Below, in pieces: positions 16,768-26,054 of a DNA stretch of 64,000 nucleotides (position 1 is the first letter of the stretch; each line of letters starts with the position of its first letter). Source of the stretch: a virus. The stretch lies in the IMG/VR virus record IMGVR_UViG_3300012153_000001, positions 1 through 64,000 of that record. One strand, given 5' to 3'. A program made the translations under genes and the position numbers. Under the pieces are notes generated by a model. That model was not told where the DNA came from and searched no databases. It worked only from the letters and a program-made list of their open reading frames with translations.

Positions 16768-17848
16768 CATAACTGACGCTAATTACCACGCTATTGTCCG
16801 TAAGCTTATCGCAGACAACCGCAAGGTAAGACGCGGCCTCAACGCCCAGAATTTACCATCTAAAGGCGCAGGCAGCCGCGTCCGTAATCAATTCGTTCCT
16901 CGCGAAGGCTTCACGTTTGTCGGCGCCGACCTCGGGCAGATAGAGCCTCGAATAATGGCGCACATCATGTATACGAAATATAACGACAACTCTATGCGTC
17001 AAATCTTCGTAGACGGCGTCGACCTCTATACGACTATGGCGATGATGACGTTCGACTTGCCAGAAGAATACTGCGTCGACAAAGCGTACGATCCGACCGG
17101 CAAGTTCAAGCCGCGCGTAATGATGAAGACAGGCCAGCTCGCGGTGTCATACGATCAATCCGTTAAGTCTTTCGCGAAGAAGATGCAAGTTACCGACGAC
17201 GTTGCGCAGATGTTCTTCGAAAACTTCGACCAAACGTTTCCGTCGTTTAAAACGATGGTGGCCGATATTCGCGACTTCATGCGTCAGCACGGTTATGTAG
17301 AAACACTTTTCGGCCGCAAACGTCGCTTCCCGGATTATAAACGCGTAGCTGCGTCAGCATCGAAGAATGAGCAACGGTTGATCCGCTTGTACACTGAACG
17401 GAAATCACTCCGCCGCCTGACGCCGACCGATGCAGAACAACGAAGGATCACCGCACTGCAAGAGGAGATAGGCAAGCTCGCAGAGGATCGCGGTAATGTC
17501 GGCTACTGGGAACGTGCTGCCTTCAACGCGGTTATCCAAGGAACTGGCGCGGACATCCTCAAGCGCATTGGTATCCGTATGGCACAGATATGTCGAGAAC
17601 GCGGATGGGAGTTTAACGCGTCAATACATGATGAAGTTATCGTAAGCATTCCGGACGATCAAATGACGCCGGAAACAATCGCGCTTATTAACGAAGTGAT
17701 GACGAAGACTTCCGAGTTAAGCGTGCCGCTTACGACGGACATTGCGATACAAAAGCGCTGGATGATGGAGTATTCAGCGGACGAATGGGACTACGCGAAT
17801 AACCGGCCGTTGCCGGAGTTTGCGAATAAATACGGGGAGGCTGCGTAA
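16760..17848 (+). CDS. Family-A DNA polymerase, C-terminal piece (palm/fingers)
   Basis: GLNAQNLPSK (PNLQNIP equivalent), ADLGQIEPRIMAH (motif A), KTGQLAVSY (motif B), SIHDEV (motif C). The ATG overlaps the end of the inserted ORF. Confidence 0.8.
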   Translation: MPNITDANYHAIVRKLIADNRKVRRGLNAQNLPSKGAGSRVRNQFVPREGFTFVGADLGQIEPRIMAHIMYTKYNDNSMRQIFVDGVDLYTTMAMMTFDLPEEYCVDKAYDPTGKFKPRVMMKTGQLAVSYDQSVKSFAKKMQVTDDVAQMFFENFDQTFPSFKTMVADIRDFMRQHGYVETLFGRKRRFPDYKRVAASASKNEQRLIRLYTERKSLRRLTPTDAEQRRITALQEEIGKLAEDRGNVGYWERAAFNAVIQGTGADILKRIGIRMAQICRERGWEFNASIHDEVIVSIPDDQMTPETIALINEVMTKTSELSVPLTTDIAIQKRWMMEYSADEWDYANNRPLPEFANKYGEAA

Positions 17849-18748
17849 ATGGAACAGCGTAAATATACGAGTATTGTACGAATGGGACATCGCGATACTG
17901 TAGGAGTCGTTAAGGAAGGCGACTATATCACGGTATACGAAAAGTTGGACGGAGCTAACGCGTCGTTTTCGCTAAGAGATGACGGAGAAGTCCTCGCGTT
18001 CTCACGTAACACGCAGCTCTCTCCGGAAAATAACCTACGTGGATTCTACGAGTTTACTCGCGGTATTAATCCTTCCGCACTAATGCCAGACACTATTTAC
18101 TACGGAGAATGGCTCGTTAAGCACAAAGTCGATTACGGAGACAAAGCGGCAACGTTCTATCTGTTCGATATCTACAGCACTATCGACGAAGATTACGCGC
18201 CAACTGACGTTGTTATCTCCGAGGCCGCATGGTTGGGACTCGCAATTGCACCGATCCTATACGCAGGCCCTTACGTATCATTCGAACACCTGCAATCGCT
18301 GGTTGGGCGGTCTTCATACGCGGTAAACGCAGCAGGCGGCGAAGGCATCGTCGTCAAGAACGTTAATTTCCGGGATCAGTACGGTAAGCAAACGTTTATG
18401 AAGCTCGTTAGCGAAGAATTCCGCGAGATGCAGCCGCAGAAGGCTCCGCGTGATCCTAACGCTGTGGAAACGGTCGAGACGGCGTTCGTCAAAACGTACC
18501 TGACCGAGGCGCGCGTCGATAAGCTATTACGCAAACTCGTTGATGAGGCGATTATTCCGGAAGCGTTCGGACTAGAGGATATGGGCGTCATCCTGCGTGA
18601 GCTTGGCGGCCGCGTATACGATGACCTATTGAAAGAGGAGAGCGCGGACTTACCAGCGGACTTTGACGAGAAGGGATTGCGCAAGGCGATCGGAAGGGTA
18701 TTACCGGTACTTGTACGCGAAATTATTAACGGAGAGGTGGCTGCGTAA
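17849..18748 (+). CDS. ATP-dependent RNA ligase (Rnl2-like nucleotidyltransferase)
   Basis: Motif I YEKLDGAN, motif III YYGEW, motif IV EGIVVKN, motif V FMKLV. Confidence 0.6.
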   Translation: MEQRKYTSIVRMGHRDTVGVVKEGDYITVYEKLDGANASFSLRDDGEVLAFSRNTQLSPENNLRGFYEFTRGINPSALMPDTIYYGEWLVKHKVDYGDKAATFYLFDIYSTIDEDYAPTDVVISEAAWLGLAIAPILYAGPYVSFEHLQSLVGRSSYAVNAAGGEGIVVKNVNFRDQYGKQTFMKLVSEEFREMQPQKAPRDPNAVETVETAFVKTYLTEARVDKLLRKLVDEAIIPEAFGLEDMGVILRELGGRVYDDLLKEESADLPADFDEKGLRKAIGRVLPVLVREIINGEVAA

Positions 18749-19372
18749 ATGAACGAAATAGTAACGGTAATTGACATCGAAACAACCGGACTTGACCCGC
18801 TCACCGATCATATTACGGAAATCGCCGCCATCCGTGCGGAAGTTGGGTCGGGCAGTTACATCCGCGAGATCGGACGGTTCCAGACGTACGTTGCACTTCC
18901 GCTGGGTGTTAGGATTCCGGAGAAGATTACGGAGTTGACCGGAATTAAGGCGGAGGATTTGCGCGATGCTCCTTCGGAAATAAACGCTTGGACAATGTTA
19001 CAGCGACTGTCTCGGGGATCTCGATTAGTGGCGCATAATGCTCCGTTCGATCTCGCGTTTATTAGGCCGGTAATGCACCAAGGATTCGCCTGCACTCGCG
19101 CCATGTCCCGCCTAATTGATCCGGACGAGAACGCAAGCCTTGCGCCGACATGTGAGCGTTACGGAATCGCGCTTAACGGACATCACCGCGCTATGAATGA
19201 CGTGGAGGCTACGCTGCAGCTTTACGCAATCCTGCGGGAGAAAGCGGAAGTTAACGGAATCACATACCGCAATGTCGTCGTTGATAGCGCGGAACGGCCG
19301 CTGACGTATACGCCGCCTGGCGCGATTGTGCGTACGATTACGCGGAAACAACAAACTAAGGAGGCGGTTTAA
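18749..19372 (+). CDS. DnaQ-like DEDDh 3'-5' exonuclease
   Basis: VIDIETTGLDP, VAHNAPFDLAF, HRAMNDVEAT. Confidence 0.8.
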   Translation: MNEIVTVIDIETTGLDPLTDHITEIAAIRAEVGSGSYIREIGRFQTYVALPLGVRIPEKITELTGIKAEDLRDAPSEINAWTMLQRLSRGSRLVAHNAPFDLAFIRPVMHQGFACTRAMSRLIDPDENASLAPTCERYGIALNGHHRAMNDVEATLQLYAILREKAEVNGITYRNVVVDSAERPLTYTPPGAIVRTITRKQQTKEAV

Positions 19373-20422
19373 ATTACGGATAACCAACTAATCGCAAATA
19401 GAATCGCGGAGCAATTTACGGTATTCCTGAACGAGTGGCATTCCGCGCCAGAAGTGTACGACGACGCTCTCGACGCGCAGATTCACGGCTGGTATCAAAA
19501 CGTACTTACGGACAAATCACGCAAAGTATGGCCGCCGCGGAACATTCCGTACTTCTCGCCAAGCTCCTCCAACTCCGATGCACGCGGCCTCTACGAAAAG
19601 ATGCGCGGCGCTAAGCGTGAGTCATCCGACCGACCTGCGCATCAAGGACGTTGGGTCCGGATAGGGACGGCAATTGGCGATGTCATTCAGCGCGATATTC
19701 TGTTCGCGGAGAAACATTACGCACGCCATTACGGAGAGAATCCGCGCTTCACATTCGACCGTAACGAACGCGGCGAGCCGGTATTCGAGGACTTCGCTAA
19801 ACGCGGCCATATCGTTAATCACGGCGGCCAGACATTCGCGTTATATGGAACATGCGACGGAATCATGCAAGTTTACGTACCGGAGCTCGGCCGGACGGTG
19901 CGCGTCGGCCTCGAAATTAAATCGAAGCAAGGAACGTACTCCGCGACATCCGGATATTCCACGAGGAATGGCGCGAAGGAAGACCACGTTAAGCAATGCG
20001 TCTGCTACTCGATTATGTATGACGTTGACTTCTACGTAATCCTCTACGTTAACGCGAGTAAGAAGGCGTGGGCGATGCCTGACGTGGATATCGAAAAGTA
20101 TCCGGACATTGCGGCGTTCGGCCTGCATATTACGGATGCGATGCGCGGTGAAATGCTTGACCACTTCGCCGAAATCGTTGACGCTGCGAATAAAGGCGAG
20201 CCGCCTGCGCTGGATCTCGATAAGTGGTTATTCCTAGACTTCAAGCGGACGGTATCCTTGTCACTTTCGGAAGACGAGGTGGAAGCGTTAAGGCGCAAAG
20301 TAGCCGCGATTATGAGATCGAACCTGCCGGACTGGAAGAAGCGCGGGCCGGCGGAGGCGTTAGCGGATATTGAGCGGATTAGGGAGGAAGAGGCGGAGAG
20401 CCAAACGAAGGAGGCTGCGTAA
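19373..20422 (+). CDS. PD-(D/E)XK (YqaJ/lambda-Exo-like) nuclease
   Basis: CDGIM...VGLEIKSK motif. The first canonical start, GTG 19454, lacks an SD. The frame is open from 19373, where ATT lies 8 nt after AAGGAGG. Confidence 0.6.
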   Translation: MTDNQLIANRIAEQFTVFLNEWHSAPEVYDDALDAQIHGWYQNVLTDKSRKVWPPRNIPYFSPSSSNSDARGLYEKMRGAKRESSDRPAHQGRWVRIGTAIGDVIQRDILFAEKHYARHYGENPRFTFDRNERGEPVFEDFAKRGHIVNHGGQTFALYGTCDGIMQVYVPELGRTVRVGLEIKSKQGTYSATSGYSTRNGAKEDHVKQCVCYSIMYDVDFYVILYVNASKKAWAMPDVDIEKYPDIAAFGLHITDAMRGEMLDHFAEIVDAANKGEPPALDLDKWLFLDFKRTVSLSLSEDEVEALRRKVAAIMRSNLPDWKKRGPAEALADIERIREEEAESQTKEAA

Positions 20423-20424
20423 TT

Positions 20425-20637
20425 ATGAACGTACTCAAACGCATACTTAACGGAATTGCATATGTAGGTGTGACCGCCGCTACTCTATACGGCTTGATGC
20501 TGTGGATTATCCTGCTCGCGAATAGTGGGAATACGTGGCTAACTCGGATTGGATTTGCGTTAATCATTCTCGCGCTATTTATCCAGGGATACACGTCAGG
20601 AGGCGATAACAATAGCGAAGCCAAAAGCGCAGACTAA
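20425..20637 (+). CDS. Small two-TM membrane protein
   Basis: SD AAGGAGG. Hydrophobic YVGVTAATLYGLMLWIILL and IGFALIILALFI. Confidence 0.65.
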   Translation: MNVLKRILNGIAYVGVTAATLYGLMLWIILLANSGNTWLTRIGFALIILALFIQGYTSGGDNNSEAKSAD

Positions 20638-21148
20638 ACGTTACGCCGGACTCGACCTTTCGTTAACTTCGCCAGGCTTTGCGGTTGTGGACGTGAAGAA
20701 TCGCGTCCCTAAGTTAGTCGCCACATCCATCGTTAAAACTGACGCAGGCGAGGCGCGCCCGTTACGCTACGAAGTCATCGAAGCTCACGCGTTATTATTC
20801 TTCCGCGAACATAAGCCTGATTCCGAAATCATTCGTGAGATATGGCCGCCAGCGCGTAACTACGAACAGAACGATAAGGTTCATGGAGCATGGTCGGCGG
20901 TTGATCGCGCACTATCGCGGCTTGGCTACGAGGTTGCGGAGAATCTGACACCACCTAACGTTAAGAAACTCGTAACAGGAAACGGTCGCGCTGAGAAACC
21001 GCAAGTTGCGGAAAGCGTGCGGAAGATACTACGGCTCGGCCCTGATTACAAGTTCGCGTCCGGCTACGATGACTCGGATGCTGCAGCGGTAATTCTGGCG
21101 TACCTTATCCGCGAGAACTTAATTGATACGGAAGTGGCCGCGGCATGA
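20612..21148 (+). CDS. RuvC-like Holliday junction resolvase
   Basis: YAGLDLSLTSPGFAVV, VTGNGRAEKPQV, DDSDAAAVILAY. The first motif lies upstream of canonical GTG 20687. ATA 20612 sits 8 nt after AGGAGG. Confidence 0.7.
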   Translation: MAKPKAQTKRYAGLDLSLTSPGFAVVDVKNRVPKLVATSIVKTDAGEARPLRYEVIEAHALLFFREHKPDSEIIREIWPPARNYEQNDKVHGAWSAVDRALSRLGYEVAENLTPPNVKKLVTGNGRAEKPQVAESVRKILRLGPDYKFASGYDDSDAAAVILAYLIRENLIDTEVAAA

Positions 21149-21303
21149 GCGAACTAGCCGCACGCCTCGCCGAACACCAGCGCCAGGAAATCGCAGCCCT
21201 CGAACGGTCCGTCGCAGTATACCGAGGGCTTGCGGAGAAGTATGAACGTAGGCTCGCCGAAGCCCGCGCAATATACGAAAGGAGCGAGCGCGAAGAATGC
21301 TAG
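21145..21303 (+). CDS. Small helical protein (52 aa)
   Basis: The ATG overlaps the upstream stop (ATGA). Fills the gap up to nrdI. Confidence 0.45.
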   Translation: MSELAARLAEHQRQEIAALERSVAVYRGLAEKYERRLAEARAIYERSEREEC

Positions 21304-21659
21304 TCGTCTACGCATCACGTACGGGAAATGTCGGCCTATTCGCGCGGCGTCTCCCTTATCCTACAGCTAAACTTACGGAGGATCTACGCGTAACTGAGCC
21401 GTTTATCCTCGTGACATATACGGATAAGATCGGAGAGGTTCCGTCCAAGACACGTGCTTTCCTCGCATATAACAACGAATACTTACGCGGCGTGGCAGCG
21501 TCCGGCAACCGTAATTTCGGACCAGCTTACGCACTCGCCGCGGATCAAATAGCGAAACAATACGGAGTGCCGATCGTTTGCAAGTTCGAACTGGCGGGCA
21601 CGCCTACCGACATACAAAAATTCACCGAAGGAGTGGACGCGCTTGTCAAGTACCTATAA
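21297..21659 (+). CDS. nrdI: NrdI flavodoxin-like protein
   Basis: MLVVYASRTGNV N-terminus, ~120 aa, immediately upstream of nrdE. Confidence 0.8.
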   Translation: MLVVYASRTGNVGLFARRLPYPTAKLTEDLRVTEPFILVTYTDKIGEVPSKTRAFLAYNNEYLRGVAASGNRNFGPAYALAADQIAKQYGVPIVCKFELAGTPTDIQKFTEGVDALVKYL

Positions 21660-23739
21660 ATATATCGAACTCAATAACGAGGTTACCGTAATGAAGGACG
21701 GTTTTTACCAACTCGAAAAGGATACGGAGGCCGTCGACGAGTTCATGCGCTTCATCCGCGATAATAAGATGCGGTTTGACTCCGTAATGGCGCGCGTTCA
21801 TTATATGGTCGACAACGGGTATTACTATCCGGAAGTCCTGGCGCAATATACTCCGGAGCAAATTACGGATGTTCACCGCATGGCTGACGACGCTGGCTTG
21901 CGATTCGCTTCGTACATGGCCGCGTTCAAATATTATACGGATTACGCGCTTAAGACTCGCGACAAGAAAACGTACCTGGAATCGCCAGAGGAACGTTACG
22001 CAATCATCGCGTTATACCTGGCTCAAGGTAATTACGAACAAGCGCGGGAACTTATGTGGGGCTACCTAAACGGAGTTCAACCGGCCACGCCTACGTTCCT
22101 TAACGCAGGCAAAGCGAGACGCGGCGAGATGGTATCGTGTTTCCTTACGGAGCTTGACGACAGCCTTAACGCAATTGGCCACGCACATAATACCGCGATG
22201 CAACTTTCGAAGATTGGCGGAGGTGTGGCGCTGAATCTATCGAAACTGCGCGGACGTGGCGAGGCGATTAAAGAGGAGGAAGGCGTAGCAAAAGGCATCC
22301 TTCCGGTCGCCAAACAACTAGAAATGGCGTTCTCATACGCGGACCAAATGGGACAGCGTAAAGGTAGCGGGGCGGTCTATTACAACATCTTCGGATGGGA
22401 CGTGATGGAGCTGCTTGACGCGAAGAAGATTAACGCGGATGAACGGTCGCGCCTTAAAACGTTGTCTATCGGACTTATCGTTCCGTCCAAGTTTATCGAG
22501 CTTGCGGAGACTAACGAGCCGTATTACGTATTCGCGCCATACACCGTCTTCAAAGCGTATGGAACGCACTTGGACGATATGGATATTAGCGCGATGTATG
22601 ACGAGTTGGTTGCGAATCCGGTCATTAAGAAGCGCGAGTTAAATGCGCGTGATATGTTGACGAAGATTGCGACAACGCAACTTGAATCCGGATATCCGTA
22701 TCTCATGTTCAAGGACAACGCGAATGACGGACATGCGCTGAAAGGCGTCGGTCAGGTGAAGATGTCAAACCTCTGCACGGAAATTTTCCAGTTGATGGAA
22801 ACTAATATCATCAACGATTACGGTGAGCCTGACGAAATCGGCCTCGATATCTCGTGTAACCTCGCGTCACTCAATATCGTTACTGCTATGGATTCCGGAG
22901 ATTTACGCCGCGCTGTTCATTCCGCAATGGACTCGCTGACCGCAGTATCCGATATGACTGCGATCGCCAATGCACCAGGCGTCCGCAAAGCTAACGATTT
23001 AATGCATAGCGTCGGCCTCGGCGCAATGAACCTACACGGTTTCCTTATGAAGAACCGCATATCGTATCAATCCGAGTTGGGACGTGAGTTTGCGGACGCC
23101 TTCTTCGCCGCGATCAACTATTACTCGCTGGAACGTTCGATGCAAATCGCTAAGGAGCGCGGAGAGTCATTCTACGGATTCGACCGTTCTGATTACGCAA
23201 GCGGCGCGTACTTTACGCAATATATCGAAAATGATTTCCGTCCGAAGTTCGAAAAAGTAGCGGATTTGTTCGCAGCTTCGGGAATCGTTCTTCCGGGACC
23301 TGACGAATGGGAACGTTTGGCCGCGGAAGTTAAAGAATACGGATTGTGGCACGCGTATAGACTTGCGATTGCACCTACGCAAAGTATTTCGTACGTTCAG
23401 AACGCGACGAGCTCCGTATTGCCGATTTCTGACGTAATGGAGACGCGGACCTACGGAAACTCTACGACGTACTATCCGGCTCCGTTCCTGGCGCGTGACA
23501 ATATGATTTCGTATACCAGCGCGTTCAATATGGACCAGCGGAAAATACTCGAAATGGTTGCGACAATTCAGCGCCACGTTGACCAAGGGATATCAACGAT
23601 ACTCTACGTAGACTCGAAAACGCCAACTAATGAACTCGTCCGCTATTATCTATACGCGCACAAACTCGGCCTTAAGTCGCTGTACTATACGCGGAATAAA
23701 CTACTGTCCGTAGCTGAATGCACATCTTGCGCTGTCTAA
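21643..23739 (+). CDS. nrdE: Class Ib ribonucleotide reductase alpha subunit
   Basis: 698 aa. PTFLNAGK, SCFL, NLCTEI, C-terminal ...CTSCAV. Confidence 0.9.
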   Translation: MSSTYKYIELNNEVTVMKDGFYQLEKDTEAVDEFMRFIRDNKMRFDSVMARVHYMVDNGYYYPEVLAQYTPEQITDVHRMADDAGLRFASYMAAFKYYTDYALKTRDKKTYLESPEERYAIIALYLAQGNYEQARELMWGYLNGVQPATPTFLNAGKARRGEMVSCFLTELDDSLNAIGHAHNTAMQLSKIGGGVALNLSKLRGRGEAIKEEEGVAKGILPVAKQLEMAFSYADQMGQRKGSGAVYYNIFGWDVMELLDAKKINADERSRLKTLSIGLIVPSKFIELAETNEPYYVFAPYTVFKAYGTHLDDMDISAMYDELVANPVIKKRELNARDMLTKIATTQLESGYPYLMFKDNANDGHALKGVGQVKMSNLCTEIFQLMETNIINDYGEPDEIGLDISCNLASLNIVTAMDSGDLRRAVHSAMDSLTAVSDMTAIANAPGVRKANDLMHSVGLGAMNLHGFLMKNRISYQSELGREFADAFFAAINYYSLERSMQIAKERGESFYGFDRSDYASGAYFTQYIENDFRPKFEKVADLFAASGIVLPGPDEWERLAAEVKEYGLWHAYRLAIAPTQSISYVQNATSSVLPISDVMETRTYGNSTTYYPAPFLARDNMISYTSAFNMDQRKILEMVATIQRHVDQGISTILYVDSKTPTNELVRYYLYAHKLGLKSLYYTRNKLLSVAECTSCAV

Positions 23740-23764
23740 ATACGAGAGGAGACTGATATCTTAA

Positions 23765-24727
23765 ATGACGAACATTATCCGCGCTGTGAATTGGAACCGA
23801 CCTGACGACGACTACTCCGAGGATTTCCTCGACCAGAACTTTATGCAAATATGGCGCGAGCACGAAATCCCGCTTGATGACGATAAGATGGCGTGGCTTG
23901 CGCTGAGTGATACGGAGCGTGACGTGTATAAGAAGGTGCTTGGCGGCCTTACATTTCTAGATACGGAGCAAGGTTCCGAAGGGATGCCGCTTATTATGCA
24001 GCACGTCGAGAGCGCGCAGAAGAAGGCGGTCCTATCGTTCATGGGCATGATGGAGCATATCCACGCGAAGTCTTATAGCGCAATCTTCGCAACGCTCACC
24101 TCTACGGAAGAGTCCGACCGCGTATTCGAATGGACCGTAGCCAATCCGTTCCTACGGCGCAAGGGCGAAATCATTAGCGGATATTACCGTTCCATTACGT
24201 CGCCTGAGCGCTTATACATGGCGATGGTTGCGTCGGTATTCCTGGAATCCGCGCTGTTCTATTCCGGATTCTACTATCCGCTATTACTCGCAGGACGCGG
24301 CAAGATGACGGCCAGCGGCGAGATTATCGATTTGATCATGCGCGATGAGGCGGTGCACGGTCAGTACATTGGAACACTAGCACGTGAGGTGTACGCTGAT
24401 CTTCCGCAAGAGTCGCAGGAGGCGCTTGACCGCGAAGTCGCCGTATTGCTGCGCCGGCTTTACGATAATGAGGCGGGGTATACCGTTGATTTGTACGCGC
24501 CAATCGGACTTGAGGAGGACGTGCTGCGGTTCCTGCGTTACAACTTTAATCGTGCGCTTATGAATCTCGGACGGCCTACGCATTTTCCCGACGAAGATAT
24601 CAATCCGATCGTACTCAACGGGATTAATACCGCGACGAAGATACACGATTTCTTCTCGAAGAAAGGTAACGGATATCAGAAGGCGGTCAATATCGTACCG
24701 CTTACGGATGCTGATTTCGCGGTATAG
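23765..24727 (+). CDS. nrdF: Class Ib ribonucleotide reductase beta subunit
   Basis: 320 aa. Di-metal ligand motifs EHIHAKSY and RDEAVHG. Confidence 0.9.
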   Translation: MTNIIRAVNWNRPDDDYSEDFLDQNFMQIWREHEIPLDDDKMAWLALSDTERDVYKKVLGGLTFLDTEQGSEGMPLIMQHVESAQKKAVLSFMGMMEHIHAKSYSAIFATLTSTEESDRVFEWTVANPFLRRKGEIISGYYRSITSPERLYMAMVASVFLESALFYSGFYYPLLLAGRGKMTASGEIIDLIMRDEAVHGQYIGTLAREVYADLPQESQEALDREVAVLLRRLYDNEAGYTVDLYAPIGLEEDVLRFLRYNFNRALMNLGRPTHFPDEDINPIVLNGINTATKIHDFFSKKGNGYQKAVNIVPLTDADFAV

Positions 24728-24737
24728 AACGGACACT

Positions 24738-24772
24738 AACGGAGGGCCTACGGGCTGCTCCGTTATTTTTTT
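24738..24772 (+). terminator. Rho-independent terminator
   Basis: AACGGAGGGCC-TAC-GGGCTGCTCCGTT followed by ATTTTTTT. Confidence 0.7.
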
Positions 24773-24779
24773 ATCTGCA

Positions 24780-24816
24780 ATGTCCCAATCTGCTCAATTC
24801 GTGTCCTTATATAGTA
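24780..24816 (+). promoter_or_regulatory. Copy 3 of the 36-bp element
   Basis: ATGTCCCAATCTGCTCAATTCGTGTCCTTATATAGT lies directly after a terminator and upstream of paralog 2. Confidence 0.6.
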
Positions 24817-24857
24817 TGTAAGACGGAAACACACTCAAACGAAACGGAGATGATACG

Positions 24858-25736
24858 ATGTCAAACGTTAATCAAACGTATCGAGAAGTCCAACGCAAAG
24901 CCAACGCAGGTGAGCGCATCAAGATCGTAGCCGCCGCGGTCACTGGCGGTAGTTACCACAACGGTGACGAGCTCGTAGTTAGTGCCGTCCAGCCGTCTGG
25001 AGTACTCGCGACACTTGCGGACGGATATCGCGCAGGTATCTGGCACCGCGAATACGTAGTCCTCGAACCTATCGTAGCTCCCGCGCCATCAAACGTTAAC
25101 CTCCCGGACCTCTTCGCACAATTCATCCGGGACAATGCGCCGGCCGTACGCAGCTACTTGGCGGAGGTTGATCCGGTTGATAGCGCGGAGATCAACGAAC
25201 CGGCCCCGCTGATACGCGCCAAGGTTATCGAAATGGCTCGCGAAAGGGTTACGGAGTTGGAGCGGCTCGGTTCTGATCCTAACGCGGAATTAGCGCAAGG
25301 TCCGTTCAAAACGAAGTTCTATAACGTAGAATTTCACGTTAACCGCGATAAACGGACAGTTACCGCATTAGTGCGTATGGGGCGGAGACGGAGCGGAGAT
25401 AAACCAGCCGCAGTAGGCATCGCTAAGGCCGCGCCCGACGACGTATTTAACGCAGACATCGGCAAGGCAATCGCGGCTGAACGAGCGCTCGGTCTGACGC
25501 TGACGGATGCGTTTGTGAATGCGCCGAAGCCGGAGAAGGCGGTACCTGGCGTCGTTATCCGTAAGATAAACGGAGCCCATATCGGTACAACTCGCGTCAT
25601 TGAACGGACAATATTGGACGGTACTAGATACGAATTTACCAACGGGTATAACTCGGAGATTCGTAACTGCGCGATTATCGACGACACCGACGCAGATTAC
25701 ACGGAGTCGGCCGCAAAGGACGGTGAAGCCGCGTGA
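24858..25736 (+). CDS. Repeat protein, paralog 2
   Basis: QTYREVQRKANAGERIKIV...EYVVLEP module plus a C-terminal VEFHVNRDKRTVTALVR...APDDVFNADIGKAIA domain shared with 29206-30444. Confidence 0.75.
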   Translation: MSNVNQTYREVQRKANAGERIKIVAAAVTGGSYHNGDELVVSAVQPSGVLATLADGYRAGIWHREYVVLEPIVAPAPSNVNLPDLFAQFIRDNAPAVRSYLAEVDPVDSAEINEPAPLIRAKVIEMARERVTELERLGSDPNAELAQGPFKTKFYNVEFHVNRDKRTVTALVRMGRRRSGDKPAAVGIAKAAPDDVFNADIGKAIAAERALGLTLTDAFVNAPKPEKAVPGVVIRKINGAHIGTTRVIERTILDGTRYEFTNGYNSEIRNCAIIDDTDADYTESAAKDGEAA

Positions 25737-25894
25737 CCAAAGACGAACTCATTATCGCACTCACAAAGCTAGATGCGCCAGGCAACGCGCAAATCCTCGT
25801 ATGGAGTGAAGACGGCGAGAGACTTACGCTTAACAACGAAGCTCGCGCAGTCTATGACGGAAAGTATGTTGTAATCGAGGAGGTGGGCGCGTGA
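25733..25894 (+). CDS. Small protein (53 aa), tandem paralog a
   Basis: GTGA overlap start. MTKDELIIALTKL... resembles the next ORF. Confidence 0.45.
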   Translation: MTKDELIIALTKLDAPGNAQILVWSEDGERLTLNNEARAVYDGKYVVIEEVGA

Positions 25895-26040
25895 CTAAGG
25901 CGGAATTAATCGAACTTATCGAACGCTTTCCGGATGACGCGGAAGTTTGCGTAAGAGATGTTGACGGAGACTCTCACCGAAATGTGTACGCGGTAATGTC
26001 CGGAGATAGAGTAGCGATTTGCTACGAATATGACCGCTAA
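25891..26040 (+). CDS. Small protein (49 aa), tandem paralog b
   Basis: SD GAGGAGG, GTGA overlap. MTKAELIELIERF... Confidence 0.5.
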   Translation: MTKAELIELIERFPDDAEVCVRDVDGDSHRNVYAVMSGDRVAICYEYDR

Positions 26041-26054
26041 AGGAGGGCGCAACT

